DNA of 64,000 bases from Octopus sinensis. Its lineage: Eukaryota. The notes beneath the pieces are model-generated. The model made no database searches. It was given only the letters and a program-made list of their open reading frames with translations, and was not told the DNA's origin. The translations under genes were made by a program, and so were the position numbers. Below are positions 1-12,630 of this stretch, one piece after another. Every line of letters starts with the position of its first letter. The first letter of the stretch is position 1. The DNA lies in contig NC_043005.1 of NCBI RefSeq assembly GCF_006345805.1, positions 42,532,001 through 42,596,000 on the forward strand, read 5' to 3'.

Positions 1-265
1 GTAATATCCAAAAAGTTGGCTTTATTTAGATCGTCGAAAACAATGCTTAAGCTCATGTTTCGAAAAATTTAACCAACCTATTTTTAACCCGTTGTAATTA
101 TTGGTTAGAAGCATTTTGAAGGTAGAGTAGACAATCATCACGGTATAGACCTCCATTGATGTTTGTGAATTGGTCAGCCGCCTCATAAAGGATATATATA
201 GCGACAAAATCAGCCAATGGTGCTGAGTCAGAACTTCCCATCGTGACTCCCACACGAGTCTTCAC
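1..265 (-). mobile_element. Penelope-like element reverse transcriptase remnant (frameshifted, runs off window start)
   Basis: Manual translation gives VKTRVGVTMGSSDSAPLADFVAIYILY...GGLYRDDCLLYL, then after a stop and frameshifts ...DDLNKANFLDIT. This matches the PLE RT motif order xTMGS / GLYRDD / FLD(V/I)T. The frame is not in the supplied ORF track. Confidence 0.8.
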
Positions 266-364
266 AGCAAGAAACTATTTGTCGTTCATACGTTTATACT
301 GTGTACATTAAATGATATGTGTGTGTATATATATACATATATTTATACATATGTCTTTTATATT

Positions 365-906
<542 letters not shown>

Positions 907-1334
907 ATAAATACACACACGCACACACGCATACACACACACACACACACGCATCCTATTGATATCATTATTATAGTATTTATGTTTTACTCTTCTATCT
1001 GTATTGAGTATTTTCCATAGTCTGCGGGTAATTTATTCCGAGAATAACCAAAAAGTGTTCGTATGTGTGCATAAGTATAGGTATTTGAATATATATATAT
1101 ATGCGTGCGTGTGCGTGCATATGATGTTAGTAGGAGACAGGGTGAGTAACGTGTGAGAAAATGAGACACATAAAGAGTGTGGTAGAAGAAATGATATACT
1201 GATACACTGACAGAAGTATTATATCAGTAAATGAAACAACGAGACAGTTAGAGGAAGAGGGAGCGGGGAAGCAATAAAGTTGATATACAGACTGGTAGAG
1301 AAACAGTTATTGCGATGTGTTAGACTGATACAGT

Positions 1335-1335
<1 letters not shown>

Positions 1336-1394
<59 letters not shown>

Positions 1395-1400
1395 AGAGAA
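1336..1400. repeat. (GA)n microsatellite
   Basis: Direct inspection. Confidence 0.95.
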
Positions 1401-2043
1401 AGAGCAATATCTAATCAAGCTATGGAGACTACTCTCTACTGTAGAATTAGTTGTCAAACTGCGTCGACTTGAAATATGCCTCACAATTGACAGAAGCTTA
1501 TTTCAAATGAAATTTCAATGAGTCTGCTCAACAGAGCAAGACAACTTCCAAAGGTGAGACCGTTCACCGAAGAATAGCGTCGTATGGTATTCTCGAATAT
1601 ATTCTATCTTATTATGTTCTCTACATCTTTCAATTTATTGAAGGGAAAACATTAAAAGGCCACCACATTGACCGCTACTTTATATGGTCGTTTAATATTA
1701 AAAAGTCACCATGAAGTCATGTGCTGAGAGGGTGAAGTAATTTGGTGGCTGTCAATGAGGTGGTTAAGACGTTGTTGGGGTTTGGCAGTCGTGTTGTTAT
1801 TTTTACTGTTCTTGTTTAGCCCCAGGTCAACCCTGATTGAACAGACCAGTGATCAAAGACATTCTAACCATGAAATTTTGACTTTTTCTCATTTGCAGAG
1901 ACCCCCATTAATACATTATCCAGCGTGTCTCCTTTTATATGTCAGTTGGGTGTGGGTGAAGAAGATTTGGCTGCTATTTCTAGCATATCAGTAAACTACA
2001 TAGAAGCTTTCTAGCTGGCTAGTTGCTGGTACTAATGTAGCTG

Positions 2044-2075
<32 letters not shown>

Positions 2076-2490
2076 GGTTCTAGTGGTATTGTTGTTCTTG
2101 GTCGTCGTTGTAGTAGTAGTAATCGACTGCAATTTTAGTGTTGGCGGTGAGAATCTGGAGCGAGATGTTATTGTGGTGATTCTTGTGGCTGTGGAAGAAT
2201 TGGTAAAATCTACGATATTTTTAACGACAGTCATTGAAGATTGTTGAGGTTTTAGCTCCATTATTTAAAAGTATCGGTGGCAGTAGTAATGTGCTAAAAT
2301 AAGTAGGATAAATTTGATGACAGTGTATAGTGTTGTATACGCTTTTCATATTGTAATATATGAGGTTTCAGTATGCAAAGTATTAGTATAATAGTAATAG
2401 TAGTAATAGCATCTTGTTTTAAGAATAACGTTACTGTTGTTGGGGACACTAATAATTTTGTCGTTGCTTATTACTATTGTATAGCAAATA

Positions 2491-3660
2491 CACTGGGAAA
2501 CAGAGAATTTAGTGCTTGAGATATTAAATTGTTTTTAGTTAAATTTTGGTCGCTGATTCTAAGTATGTCATCAGTAATTCTGGTTATCGAGATATGTAAC
2601 ACTCCTTATTGCCATGCGTACAGCCGATCTGATACAAGGATCGTGACTACAAATCATTGCCTTTTGGATAAGAAAAGGGTTTCATACAAGAGGAATATGT
2701 TTGTTTATGATTCAGTTATATCCATTCAATCAGATATTAATTAAACAAGCGTAGAAAGTTACCACTGATACAATGTTCATTACTAAAACGTCGCACGAAA
2801 GTGGTGTGTCAGAGACTTCCTGTGGTCAGCTGCCTCAGTACAATTACGTAGAATGCTCCAGCTGTAATCCGTCATCATATAAGTATCCTAGTACCCACAG
2901 TATATTTCTTCCACAGATTTTAAATCTTGGTGGAATCGTTCGCCCTGTTCATCACTTAAGTCAGCAAGGTCGTCTGAGGACGATCCAAGCGACTGTGGAG
3001 CTAATGTACTTTGACACTCATTTTACAGACGATTTGACTGAAAGAAGAGAGCATGTTCTCAACCAGATCAGAGTAGTTATCTGCTTTATAGTTGCCAAGA
3101 AAATTTTTTACAACCAGATTGAAAGAAGGCCATTCATCTGTTTCAGTATTGTTCATTGAATCTTGAAAATATGGATCTTTCATGAGTTCCTTGATATGTG
3201 ACCCGTTGGAAATACTTACCTTCAGCATCTCCATGATCAGTGCTGGAAATTTTTTATATACGTAGTCAAATGAGTCCCCTTCTTTATTCAAAACCTTTTC
3301 AGACTGTTTCACTAAATCAAGTCTGAGATGCAGATGTAGAAAAATGATCATTTCTCTGTCCACCACTTTTGCGATTATATTCTTTTCTTCAACGACCATG
3401 TTTACTCTCAGAGGCCATTGCTTTCTCACCTAGTGCTCATCCACAGGAATATTATGCCAGAAACAGGCAAAGCAAGGATACTTGGTTTATCAACTCTACT
3501 GGTCCAGAGGAAAATTTACTATCATAAGATCCATGCTGATTAGTCATTGGTGATCGTGGTATGATACCGTGTGTAAAGCCAGGACGACTGTTTCTTGCTG
3601 TTCATCTATCTTAATTGAGTGACTATTTGGGCTTGTTCTGTATTTGTTGCAGTTTTGATA
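2491..3660 (-). mobile_element. Decayed DNA transposase, probably Chapaev3/CMC-like
   Basis: ORF 3001-3429 (LHLRLDLVKQ, KNFLGNYKADNY, CKMSVKVH) continues out of frame into SDEQGERFHQDL...MMTDYSW and upstream into TKYPCFACFW...KQWPLR. CACTGGGAAACA at 2491 may be a terminus. The family name is from recalled motif similarity. Confidence 0.7.
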
Positions 3661-4083
3661 AGTTAATTATTTAAAGAACTAGAGCTGCTAGAAACAAATG
3701 AAGGTCATATTTTTGCTCAGAAACATGAATCGCGTCTAAAATCTAAGGCACAAAAAAAAAAAAAAGAAAGATTTCATTTGTTCCCCAGCGTTGTTATTAC
3801 AGGTAAGTATGATTTATCAGCCTTCGCACTTTACACGTTACAATCGTACATGTCAGTAATGAGAAAAATGCTATTATTAACACGAGAATAGAAGGGGAGA
3901 AATTGTGAAGCGCAAGAAATACTGGTAGAATATCGGAGAGGGATTTAAAGATGGACTAGTTGGCACGCAAAGGACAAATGACGTAAAGGAATGAAAACAT
4001 GATTGGGAGTAATGTGATGAAGATATGAGATAAATATGAAGCAGGTGTTCCTAAGTTCAGTGGTGATATTCTGTATTGCTATA

Positions 4084-4470
4084 ATATAGGAGCACTCCGT
4101 CGGTTACGACGATGAGGGTCCCAGCTGATACGATCAACGGAACAGCTTGCTCGTGGAATTAACGTGCAAGTGGTTGAGCATTCCACAGACACGTGTACCC
4201 TTAACGTAGTTCTCGAGGAGATTCAGCGTGACACAGGGTGTGACAAGGCTGGCCCTTTGAAATACAGGTACAACAGAAACAGGAAGAAAGAGTGAGAGAA
4301 AGTTGTGGTGAAAGAGTACAGCAGGGTTCACCACCACCCCCTGCAGGAGTCTTGTGAAGCTTTAGGGGTTTTCGCTCAATAAATACTCACAATGCCCGGT
4401 ATGGGAATCGAAACCGCGATCCTATGACCGCGAGTCCGCTGCCCTAACCACTGGGCCATTGCGCCTCCAC
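4084..4470 (-). mobile_element. tRNA-derived SINE family B, full length with TSD
   Basis: A-box TGGCCCAGTGG and B-box GGTTTCGATTCC on the minus strand. CTGTATTGCTATA is repeated at 4071-4083 and 4470-4482. Confidence 0.9.
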
Positions 4471-4600
4471 TGTATTGCTATATACCTATATCTTCAGAAA
4501 TTAAGAAAATGTTAGTGACACAAAACTAATCATCCGTTTATAGTTGTCAGAGGTCAGAAGTCCAGTAGAATACCTTACGATATTCTTCTTTTAAGAAGAA

Positions 4601-5020
4601 GGCGGCGAGCTGGCAGAAACGTTAGCACACCGGGTAAAATGCTTAGCGGTATTTCGTCTGCCGCTACGTTCTGAGTTCAAATTCCGCCGAGGTCGACTTT
4701 GCCTTTCATCTTTTCGGGGTCGATTAAATAAGTACCAGTTACGCACTGGCGTCGATGTAATCGATTTAATCCGTTTGTCTGTCCTTGTTTGCCCTCTCTT
4801 TGTTTAGCCCCCTGTGGGTAGTAAAGAAATGGGTATTTCGTCTGCCGCTACGTTCTGAGTTCAAATTCCACCGAGGTCGACTTTGCCTTTCATCTTTTCG
4901 GGGTCGATTAAATAAGTACCAGTTACGCACTGGGGGTCTATATAATCGACTTAATCCGTTTGTCTGTCCTTGTTTGTCCTCTCTGTGTTTAGCCCCTTGT
5001 GGGTAGTAAAGAAATATATA
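4601..5020 (+). mobile_element. SINE family C (C1 tail), partial dimer inside one TSD
   Basis: Head GGCGGCGAGCTGGCAGAAACG with B-box GAGTTCAAATTCC. A second, 5'-truncated unit starts near 4831. The 15-bp TSD TTCTTTTAAGAAGAA lies at 4586-4600 and 5021-5035. Confidence 0.9.
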
Positions 5021-5047
5021 TTCTTTTAAGAAGAAAGAAAAAACGAG

Positions 5048-5236
5048 GCAAGCTGACAGTATCGTTAGCACGCCAAACAAAACATTTAGCGACACTTCTT
5101 CTGTGTTTTGAGTTTCAAATACCACCGAGGTCGACTTTGCCTTTCAGCCTTTCATCAGTACGGGCTATGCACTGGGGTCGATGTCAACGACTAGGCCCCT
5201 CTCGCAAAAATTTCAAGCCATGTTCCTATTCTAGAG
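5048..5236 (+). mobile_element. Degenerate SINE family C (C2 tail)
   Basis: Similar to the family C head and the GAGGTCGACTTTGCCTTTCA core. Confidence 0.65.
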
Positions 5237-6369
5237 AGTATCTATTGTATAGAATCAGGAAGCAAAGACGTCTTCGGTATAGAATTTACTTTGCTCACAG
5301 TGATGAAACCGAAGTAGAACTGATAATTGTGAACAGGAGTGTAAATTAATGTAGATTTCTTTTTTTAAAGATATTAAAATTAGCTGGTTATTTAAAAAAG
5401 GAAATAGAAATAGCATCAAAATGTAACTAAAAATGATGCCCTATCCAGTAATAATGATTGGGTGGGGTGGAATTAATACACCAACTAGAATATACGAGGG
5501 GTGTAGGGATGGCATAGATATTTTGAATACTCTAATTTCCACCGAGAAGGTGAACGAGAGAAAAATTAAGAGGAAATGTTTGTGTCCATGATTAAATTAA
5601 TGTATGTATGACATCTTTGATGTATTTATATGTATCTATCTGTGCCAAAAAGTCCCGTCGAGATTTCTCTCTACAATCAACAATTATTTCTTTTTTTTTT
5701 TTTTTGTACTTGGAAACTATTATCAACAATGGCCATCGCACAACTGGTGGCCTTGTTCATTTGGATAATAATTCTCTTGTGAGACGCAGCCCGTGAGAGA
5801 GATTCGATGATAGTTTCATCCACTTATCAATGTGTGTGTGTCTGTGTGTGTGTATATGATCAAAGATTGCTACATTAAGGGTGAAGTGAAATAGATGATG
5901 TGGTATTTAAAGTCATAATCAATGTATGAAGGAATAGCAAATGATGTCGACCGAATTAAACGATAAAATCACTCTATAATGTCAGTGTATTAGGGTAAAG
6001 AGAAACGCCGTCGATCATACAACTGGGGCTTTACATATTCTCATCTCGAGTATAAAGCTTTTTTTGTTTCTTTCTTAATAATGTGCGTTATATACTTTGA
6101 AATACAAGCTTACAGCCGCCTATTTATAATATGGCGACGGTTTGCAGGTTTGTGGTTGTGTACGTTTGTGCCTTTGTGTGCCTGTGCCCGTATGTGCATA
6201 CATATGCTCGTGCACATATAGATACATACATACGTATACATACGTGAAATAAATACATGTCAGGTATATATACACACAGGAAAGAGTACTCAAAATAAGA
6301 AAAATTCAAGTATTTCGTGTGTTTGTGTGTGCGTGACACGTAATTATATTTATATACGTTCACACATAT

Positions 6370-6638
6370 CTGTATGTATGAATGTATGTATGTATGTATG
6401 TATGTATGTATGTATGTATGTATGTATGTATGTATGTATGTTGTATGTATGTATGTATGTATGTATGTATGTATGTATGTATGTATGTATGTTTGTATGT
6501 ATGTATGTATATATGTATGTATGTACGTATATATGCATGTATGTATGTATGTATGTATGTATGTATGTATGTATGTATGTATGTATGTATGTTTGTATGT
6601 ATGTGTATGTATGTATGTACGTATGTATGCATGTATCA

Positions 6639-6676
<38 letters not shown>

Positions 6677-6680
6677 TTAT
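6370..6680. repeat. (TATG)n followed by (TATC)n microsatellite
   Basis: Direct inspection. Explains the MYVC/HTYI ORFs. Confidence 0.95.
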
Positions 6681-6713
6681 CACCAACAACCACCAGTCAA
6701 ATTTCCCACTTAT

Positions 6714-6747
<34 letters not shown>

Positions 6748-7301
6748 ATATATATATAGCAGAGGAGAAACACGTACGCACACACACGTGCACATTATAT
6801 ATATATATATATATTATATATATATATACACACATACGTGAGCGAGCGTGCGTCCTTTTAATGTGTACGTGTGTGTGTGTGTGTGTGCGTGCGCGCGTAC
6901 GTGCTCTCCTCTGCTATTTGGAGACCTTTACCATTTGGGTAATAAAAGTCATGTTGCTATGCCCTTGGGTGCCAAGGATGTTATCAACAAAGTGGGAAAT
7001 CTCAATAATTCATCCCTGACTTTACCAAATTCTAATACACAGGAGACAATGAAAAGTGTTTAATATTACTTCTTTCGCAAAGGGTATAGAGTGTACATGC
7101 GTGTACGCGCGCACGTACATGTGCGTAACTACCTATCTATCTGTCTGTCTGTCTACACGCACACTCACACATATTTATTCGCTCATGTATATATGCACAC
7201 ACATATGTATCCTTTATCTGTATATATATATATATACATGTATGCATATCTGCATTCATACACACACACATACATGCATACATACATACATACATAATAC
7301 G

Positions 7302-7333
<32 letters not shown>

Positions 7334-7422
7334 CATATCTGCATTCATACACACACACATACATACACACATACATACATACATACATACATACATACAT
7401 ACATACATACATACATAATACG

Positions 7423-7490
<68 letters not shown>

Positions 7491-7681
7491 TACACATATA
7501 GGTACATACAGTGTTGGATCTCCGTCTTTCGATCATGAGGTTTTCCGTTATTTGACGAAACAAATGACCTGATCGTTGAATTAACGTGTAAGTGGTTAAA
7601 TATTCCACTGACTCCTGTACTTTAATGCAATATTCATACAAAACTACTGCGACCCAGTGTGCCACAAGGCTGTTAAAAACC

Positions 7682-7990
7682 GTCACTCCATCGGTTACGA
7701 CGACAAGGGTTCTAGCTGATCCGATCAACGATACAGCCTGCTCGTGGAATTAACGTGCAAGTGGCTGAGCCCTCCACAGACACGTGTACCCTTAACGTAG
7801 TTCTCGGGGAGATTCAGCGTGACATGGCTGGTTCTTTGAAATACAAGTACTACTTCCTCATTTATGTCAGCTGAGTGGACTGGATCAACATAAAATGAAG
7901 TGTCTTGCTGAAGAGACACAACGCGCCGCCTTACGGTCGTGAGCCGAATGCCTTAACCACTCGTACATGCCTTGACCACTCAGCCATGCA
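7682..7990 (-). mobile_element. SINE with tRNA head, CORE-like middle and family-B tail
   Basis: Tail identical in type to family B (GTCACGCTGAATCTCCCCGAGAACTACG...). The middle resembles TTGTGTC...AGCAAGACACTT...CCAGTCCACTCAGCTG. Confidence 0.7.
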
Positions 7991-8272
7991 CTATATATTT
8001 CAATTAAAGGCACAAACACTCGACGAGCTTTTATACAATTTATGTCTATTCATTTCCACTCACTAGATATAGGATAACTTAAAGCAGTAGAAAATGACAT
8101 TTCTCCAAGATGCCGTCCAATTGATGAGAACCCGAGAATTCTTGGTTGCGAAGCACATCACTAAACAAGTCAACCATTCTGCAAAAGGCTAATGTCTTTA
8201 CTTTGGAGCCATCAAGTTCCAGGTTCGATTAAATAGTGTGACATCTTGGGTAAATGCTGTTAGTATATAACT

Positions 8273-8658
8273 GGGAAGCACTCCGTCGGTTACGACGACG
8301 CGGGTTCCGGTTGATCCGAATCAACGGAACAGCCTGCTCGTGAAATTAACGTGTAAGTGGCTGAGCACTCCACAGACACGTGTACCCTTAACATAGTTCT
8401 CGGGGATATTCAGCGTGACACAGAGAGTGACAAGGCCGGCCCTTTGAAATACAGGTACAACAGAAACAGGAAGTAAGAATGAGAGAAAGTTGTGGTGAGA
8501 GAGTACAGCAGGGATCACCACCATCCCCTGCCGGAGCCTCGTGGAGCTTCGGGTGTTTTCGCTCAATAAACACTCACAACACCCGGTCTGAGAATAGAAA
8601 CCGCGATCCTATGACCGCGAGTCCGCTGCCCTAACCACTGGGCCATTGCGCCTCCACT
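8273..8658 (-). mobile_element. SINE family B, full length with TSD
   Basis: 10-bp TSD GTATATAACT at 8263-8272 and 8659-8668. Highly similar to the copies at 4084 and 48975. Confidence 0.9.
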
Positions 8659-10390
8659 GTATATAACTACAGGTCTATTCATAACTTGTCAGTGAAATTA
8701 AGAACCCGAAACCTCTTGGTTGCGAAGCAAATCTCTAAACCAGTCGACGATACTGCAAATGACTAATAAGCTTGTTTTTCAACCACCAGATTCCGAGTTC
8801 GATCACATTGTGTGACATCTTGAGTAAATGCCATTTTTATACAGCTTCAGATTTCCTCATGTTTTGTTAGTGAAATTGAGCACACGGAAACTGTATAGAA
8901 GACGATCCCCCCACTTGACACAATAAAGTTCTCGCCCACCAGTTTTTGCGACAGCATTAGTCAATATGACCCCGCATTACAAGACAACATGACACCTTAT
9001 ATATAAGCATAGTAATTCAGAATACGAACACTTAAGGCGCAGTCGCGGCTGTGTACTACGAAGTCCCACTGGATGAGAACTTGGGCGAGTGTCCTCTACT
9101 ATAACCGCGGAGTGAATAAAGCCATGTCAGTTGATTTGATAGACGGAAACTGAAAGATGCTCGTCGTATATTTGTGTGTGTGTTTATACTCTACCACCGA
9201 TTGATAACCGGTTTTGATGTGTTTACGTACGCGTAAACTAGCGGTTCGGCATCTTCTGCCAGCCCCTTCTCCCTGATGATGGGCAGGGCATGTTAGAACT
9301 ACTGAATCGCAGTTACATTCTCAGGTTGCACCGCGTACTGAAATTCTTGCCCGGTGAACGACTGTGGTCGCCGTTCGGGACATATCTTTCCACACCTCGT
9401 CACTTCAATTAGGACTGCAGTCCTGGTAAAAACAGAGAAACCGAGATAGGGCGCTTGAGATATGAAATGTGATCAGGAACATAACCACCTTCTGCCACTT
9501 AGCCATGTTGCCTGGCTTGAGTTATGAGTTGTATGTCGCTCTAAATAACTCTCAGACATTTTCTACTTGGATACGTGTGGTATTAAAAGCTCGTCGGTTT
9601 TTAATGGGATGCACACTGCTTTCTAACGGCTATTCTGGCAGTCCCTTTCACCAGTTGTCAAAGAACTACCAGCTGAGCTCTTCTGCTCTATATGCTGAAG
9701 ACCTTAACTGCATCATTGACTCCCCTGTGTTAGTCTACCATTGAAACTTGTTCAATGAGCCTTGACATTTTCTCTAAAGGCCTCCAACCCACTACCTTTT
9801 ATAGTTAGTTTGATGGTATCGTTTGTTTTGTTATTTTTGGTGGCGGAGAAGTTTCCAGAACCCACAAAATTGCAATTTCTATGGTAGTGGGAGCAGTGGC
9901 AGGGGTTGTAAAGGCGGTGTTTTTGTTGTTGATCGGCATGGTTGGTAAATCTTCGTTGCTGTTATTGCTGTTGTATGTATTCTTAAATCTGTTCTTCGTG
10001 CTGTTGTTGCTGTTGCTGTTGTAGGTGGTAGGGTGGTGATGATGGGTATTGGTGTTCCTTTTCCTTTTGTTCTTGTCACCATAGCTCTGTTGTTGCTGTG
10101 AATGATTTTGTTTTAATTTTTTTATGGCTACTTTTGCTGCCAAGCTAATGACATTGCTTTCAAAATCAAGAGTTACACGACATTAGCCAAACTTTCAAAA
10201 AGAAATCAGGTTCTCTCTCTTTCTCTCTTTCTCTCTCTCTCTTTCTCTCTCCCTCTCTCTCTCGCTCTCTCTCTATTTTAAGGGGTCTTCCAAGCTTGTA
10301 GAAATTCTTATTATTATTATTCTTCTTATTCTTCTTCTCCTCCTCCTCCTCCTCCTCCTCCTCCTCCTCCTCCTTCTTCTTCTTCTTCTT

Positions 10391-10420
<30 letters not shown>

Positions 10421-10450
<30 letters not shown>

Positions 10451-11232
10451 TCGATTTCACTTCTCAGATCTCACGATTTTACTTGCTCCGGTTAATTTTG
10501 TAAGAGCGGAGAGTAACATGTATTTAATGGTACCACGGGGTCTCTTTTTCCCCGTTACTTAACACCCAAGTAATCCTCGCTCTCCCAAATAGTGCAGTTT
10601 TCTGTGTGTGTGTTCTACGCTCAAGTCAATTCCAATAATATCTCCAAATATTAGGTTGTCCCAAAAGTTCGTAAACACTTGCGAAAATTGAATTTTTACT
10701 CGCCAAGTACTAACAAAAACAACAAAAATTATTCCTCAAAATAAAGACCATTATTTTCCAAGACTTTCTACGAACTTTTGGGACAACCTTATATTTTCTC
10801 AAACCTGTTTGTTAGTGAACCCGGTGCCCCAACAACTATTGGGTTTACAGTTTCTTTCTTCATTACCCACATTCGTGTAATTTCGTCATTTTGTAGCTTA
10901 TACTTTTCAATCTTTTCCAGCTCTTGGTCCCCAACACGGGCGTCCCCATGTATAGTAATATTTATTATCTTGGCTTCCTTCTTACAATCATCCACTGCAA
11001 AAATGTTTGGTTTCCGAGAATCATTTAGTAAATCCAGTTCGGTTGTAAAATCCCACAAGACCTTATACTTGTTATTCGCGTTGATGCCTTCTGATTTATG
11101 CTCGTACCATTTCTGTGTTCTTTCAAGACCATACTTCTCACACAACCTCCAGTGAACAATCTTAGTTACATTATCATGTCCCCTCTTGTATGGCGATTGG
11201 GCCAGTTTGATACACTCACTCACTATACGTCT
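10421..11232 (-). mobile_element. 3' end of an R4/Dong-type (restriction-like endonuclease) non-LTR retrotransposon
   Basis: ORF 10789-11250 has IVSECIKLAQSPYKRGHD (knuckle/RHD region), RKPNI (decayed PD motif) and ELEKIEKY. It resumes after a MITE as QKTALFGRARI, then a 3'UTR ending in an (AAT)n tail at ~10420-10450. Confidence 0.85.
10651..10791. mobile_element. 141-bp mariner-type MITE inserted in the LINE
   Basis: TIRs TTAGGTTGTCCCAAAAGTTCGTA and TACGAACTTTTGGGACAACCTTA, with TA on both sides (10649-50, 10792-93). Confidence 0.85.
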
Positions 11233-11852
11233 GTACATACATACATACATACATACAATCCATCGCTGGAATTGTAAAAATCTGAGAAACTTTCCAGAAG
11301 TTTGTCATTTAAATATATATGAGCATGTCTAGATATGTAACTCTATGCATAACAATACATACATAAAACATATGAATCTGCACATACATACATACATACA
11401 TACATACATACATACATACATACATACATACATACATACATACATACATACAATCCATCGCTGGAATTGTAAAAATCTGAAAAACTTTCCAGAAGTTTAT
11501 CATTTAAATATATATGAGCATGCCTAGGTATGTAACACTATGCATGAGAATACATACATAAAGCATACAAATCTTCACATACATACATACATACATACAA
11601 CATACATACATACATACATACATACATACATACATACATACACACATACACACATACACACATACACACATGCATACATACATACATACATACATACATA
11701 CATACATACATACATACATACATACATACATACATACATACAAACAAAATCACCCTGTTGTTGATATTGAAATTCCAATGAAGGAACCTTGGATCTAGGT
11801 TAAAAACCGGTTCTTTCTTTATTGGCAAGAAATCTTGAAATAAACTGAATAA

Positions 11853-11883
<31 letters not shown>

Positions 11884-12310
11884 CATACATACATACATAC
11901 ATACATACATACATACATACATACATACATACATGCATGCATACATACATACATACATACATACATACATACATACATACATACATACATACAATCCATC
12001 GCTGGAATTGTACAAATCTGAAAAACTTTCCAGAAGTTTATCATTTAAATATATATGAGCATGTCTAGATATATAACTCTATGCATGAGAATACATACAT
12101 AAAACATACGAATCTGCACATACATACATACATACATACATACATACATACATACATACATACATACATACATACATACATACATACATACATACAAAAA
12201 CACCCTGTTGCTGATGTTTAAATTCCAACGAAGGAACCTTAGATCTAGGTCATAAACCGGTTTTTCTCTATTGGCAAGAAATCTTGAAATAAACTGAATA
12301 ATGACATACA
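11232..12310 (+). repeat. Composite tandem array A,A-B,A-B with (TACA)n spacers
   Basis: Unit A (ATCCATCGCTGGAATTGT...) at ~11257, 11452 and 11993. Unit B (CACCCTGTTG...GGAACCTT.GATCTAGGT...) at ~11742 and 12195. Confidence 0.9.
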
Positions 12311-12317
12311 TACAGTG

Positions 12318-12630
12318 AAGGCGCGTGGTTTAGTGGTTAGGCTAATCGACTCATTATCGTAAGGTCATGTGTTCGATTCCCGGCGGCGCGTTGTGTCCTT
12401 TAGCAAGACACTTTATTTCACGTTGCTCCAGTTCACTCAGCTGACAAAAATGATTTGTACTTGCAATACAAAACGACTGGCCTCTTCACATTTTCTGTCA
12501 CGCTGAATCTCCCTGAGAACTGCGGTAAGGGTACGCGTGTCTGTGAATGCTCAGCCACTTGCACGTTAATTTCACGAGCAGGCTGTTCCGTTCATCGGAC
12601 CAACTGGCAGCCTCCACGTCGTAAGCGATG
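12318..12630 (+). mobile_element. SINE: tRNA head, CORE-like domain, family-B tail
   Basis: GGCGCGTGGTTTAGTGGTTAGG...GTTCGATTCCC, then TTGTGTCCTTTAGCAAGACACTTTATTTCACGTTGCTCCAGTTCACTCAGCTG, then the B tail. Confidence 0.75.

Noticed and set aside
9820-10140. Thr/Asn/Pro-rich ORF 9805-10143 (and similar at 2019-2261, 27296-27550, 46345-46965)
   Set aside because: These are degenerate (GTT/GGT/GCT)n triplet tracts, not supported as coding.
11232-12310. Repeat-spacer pattern superficially like a CRISPR array
   Set aside because: The spacers are (TACA)n microsatellite, the units exceed 100 bp, the context is eukaryotic and there are no cas genes.
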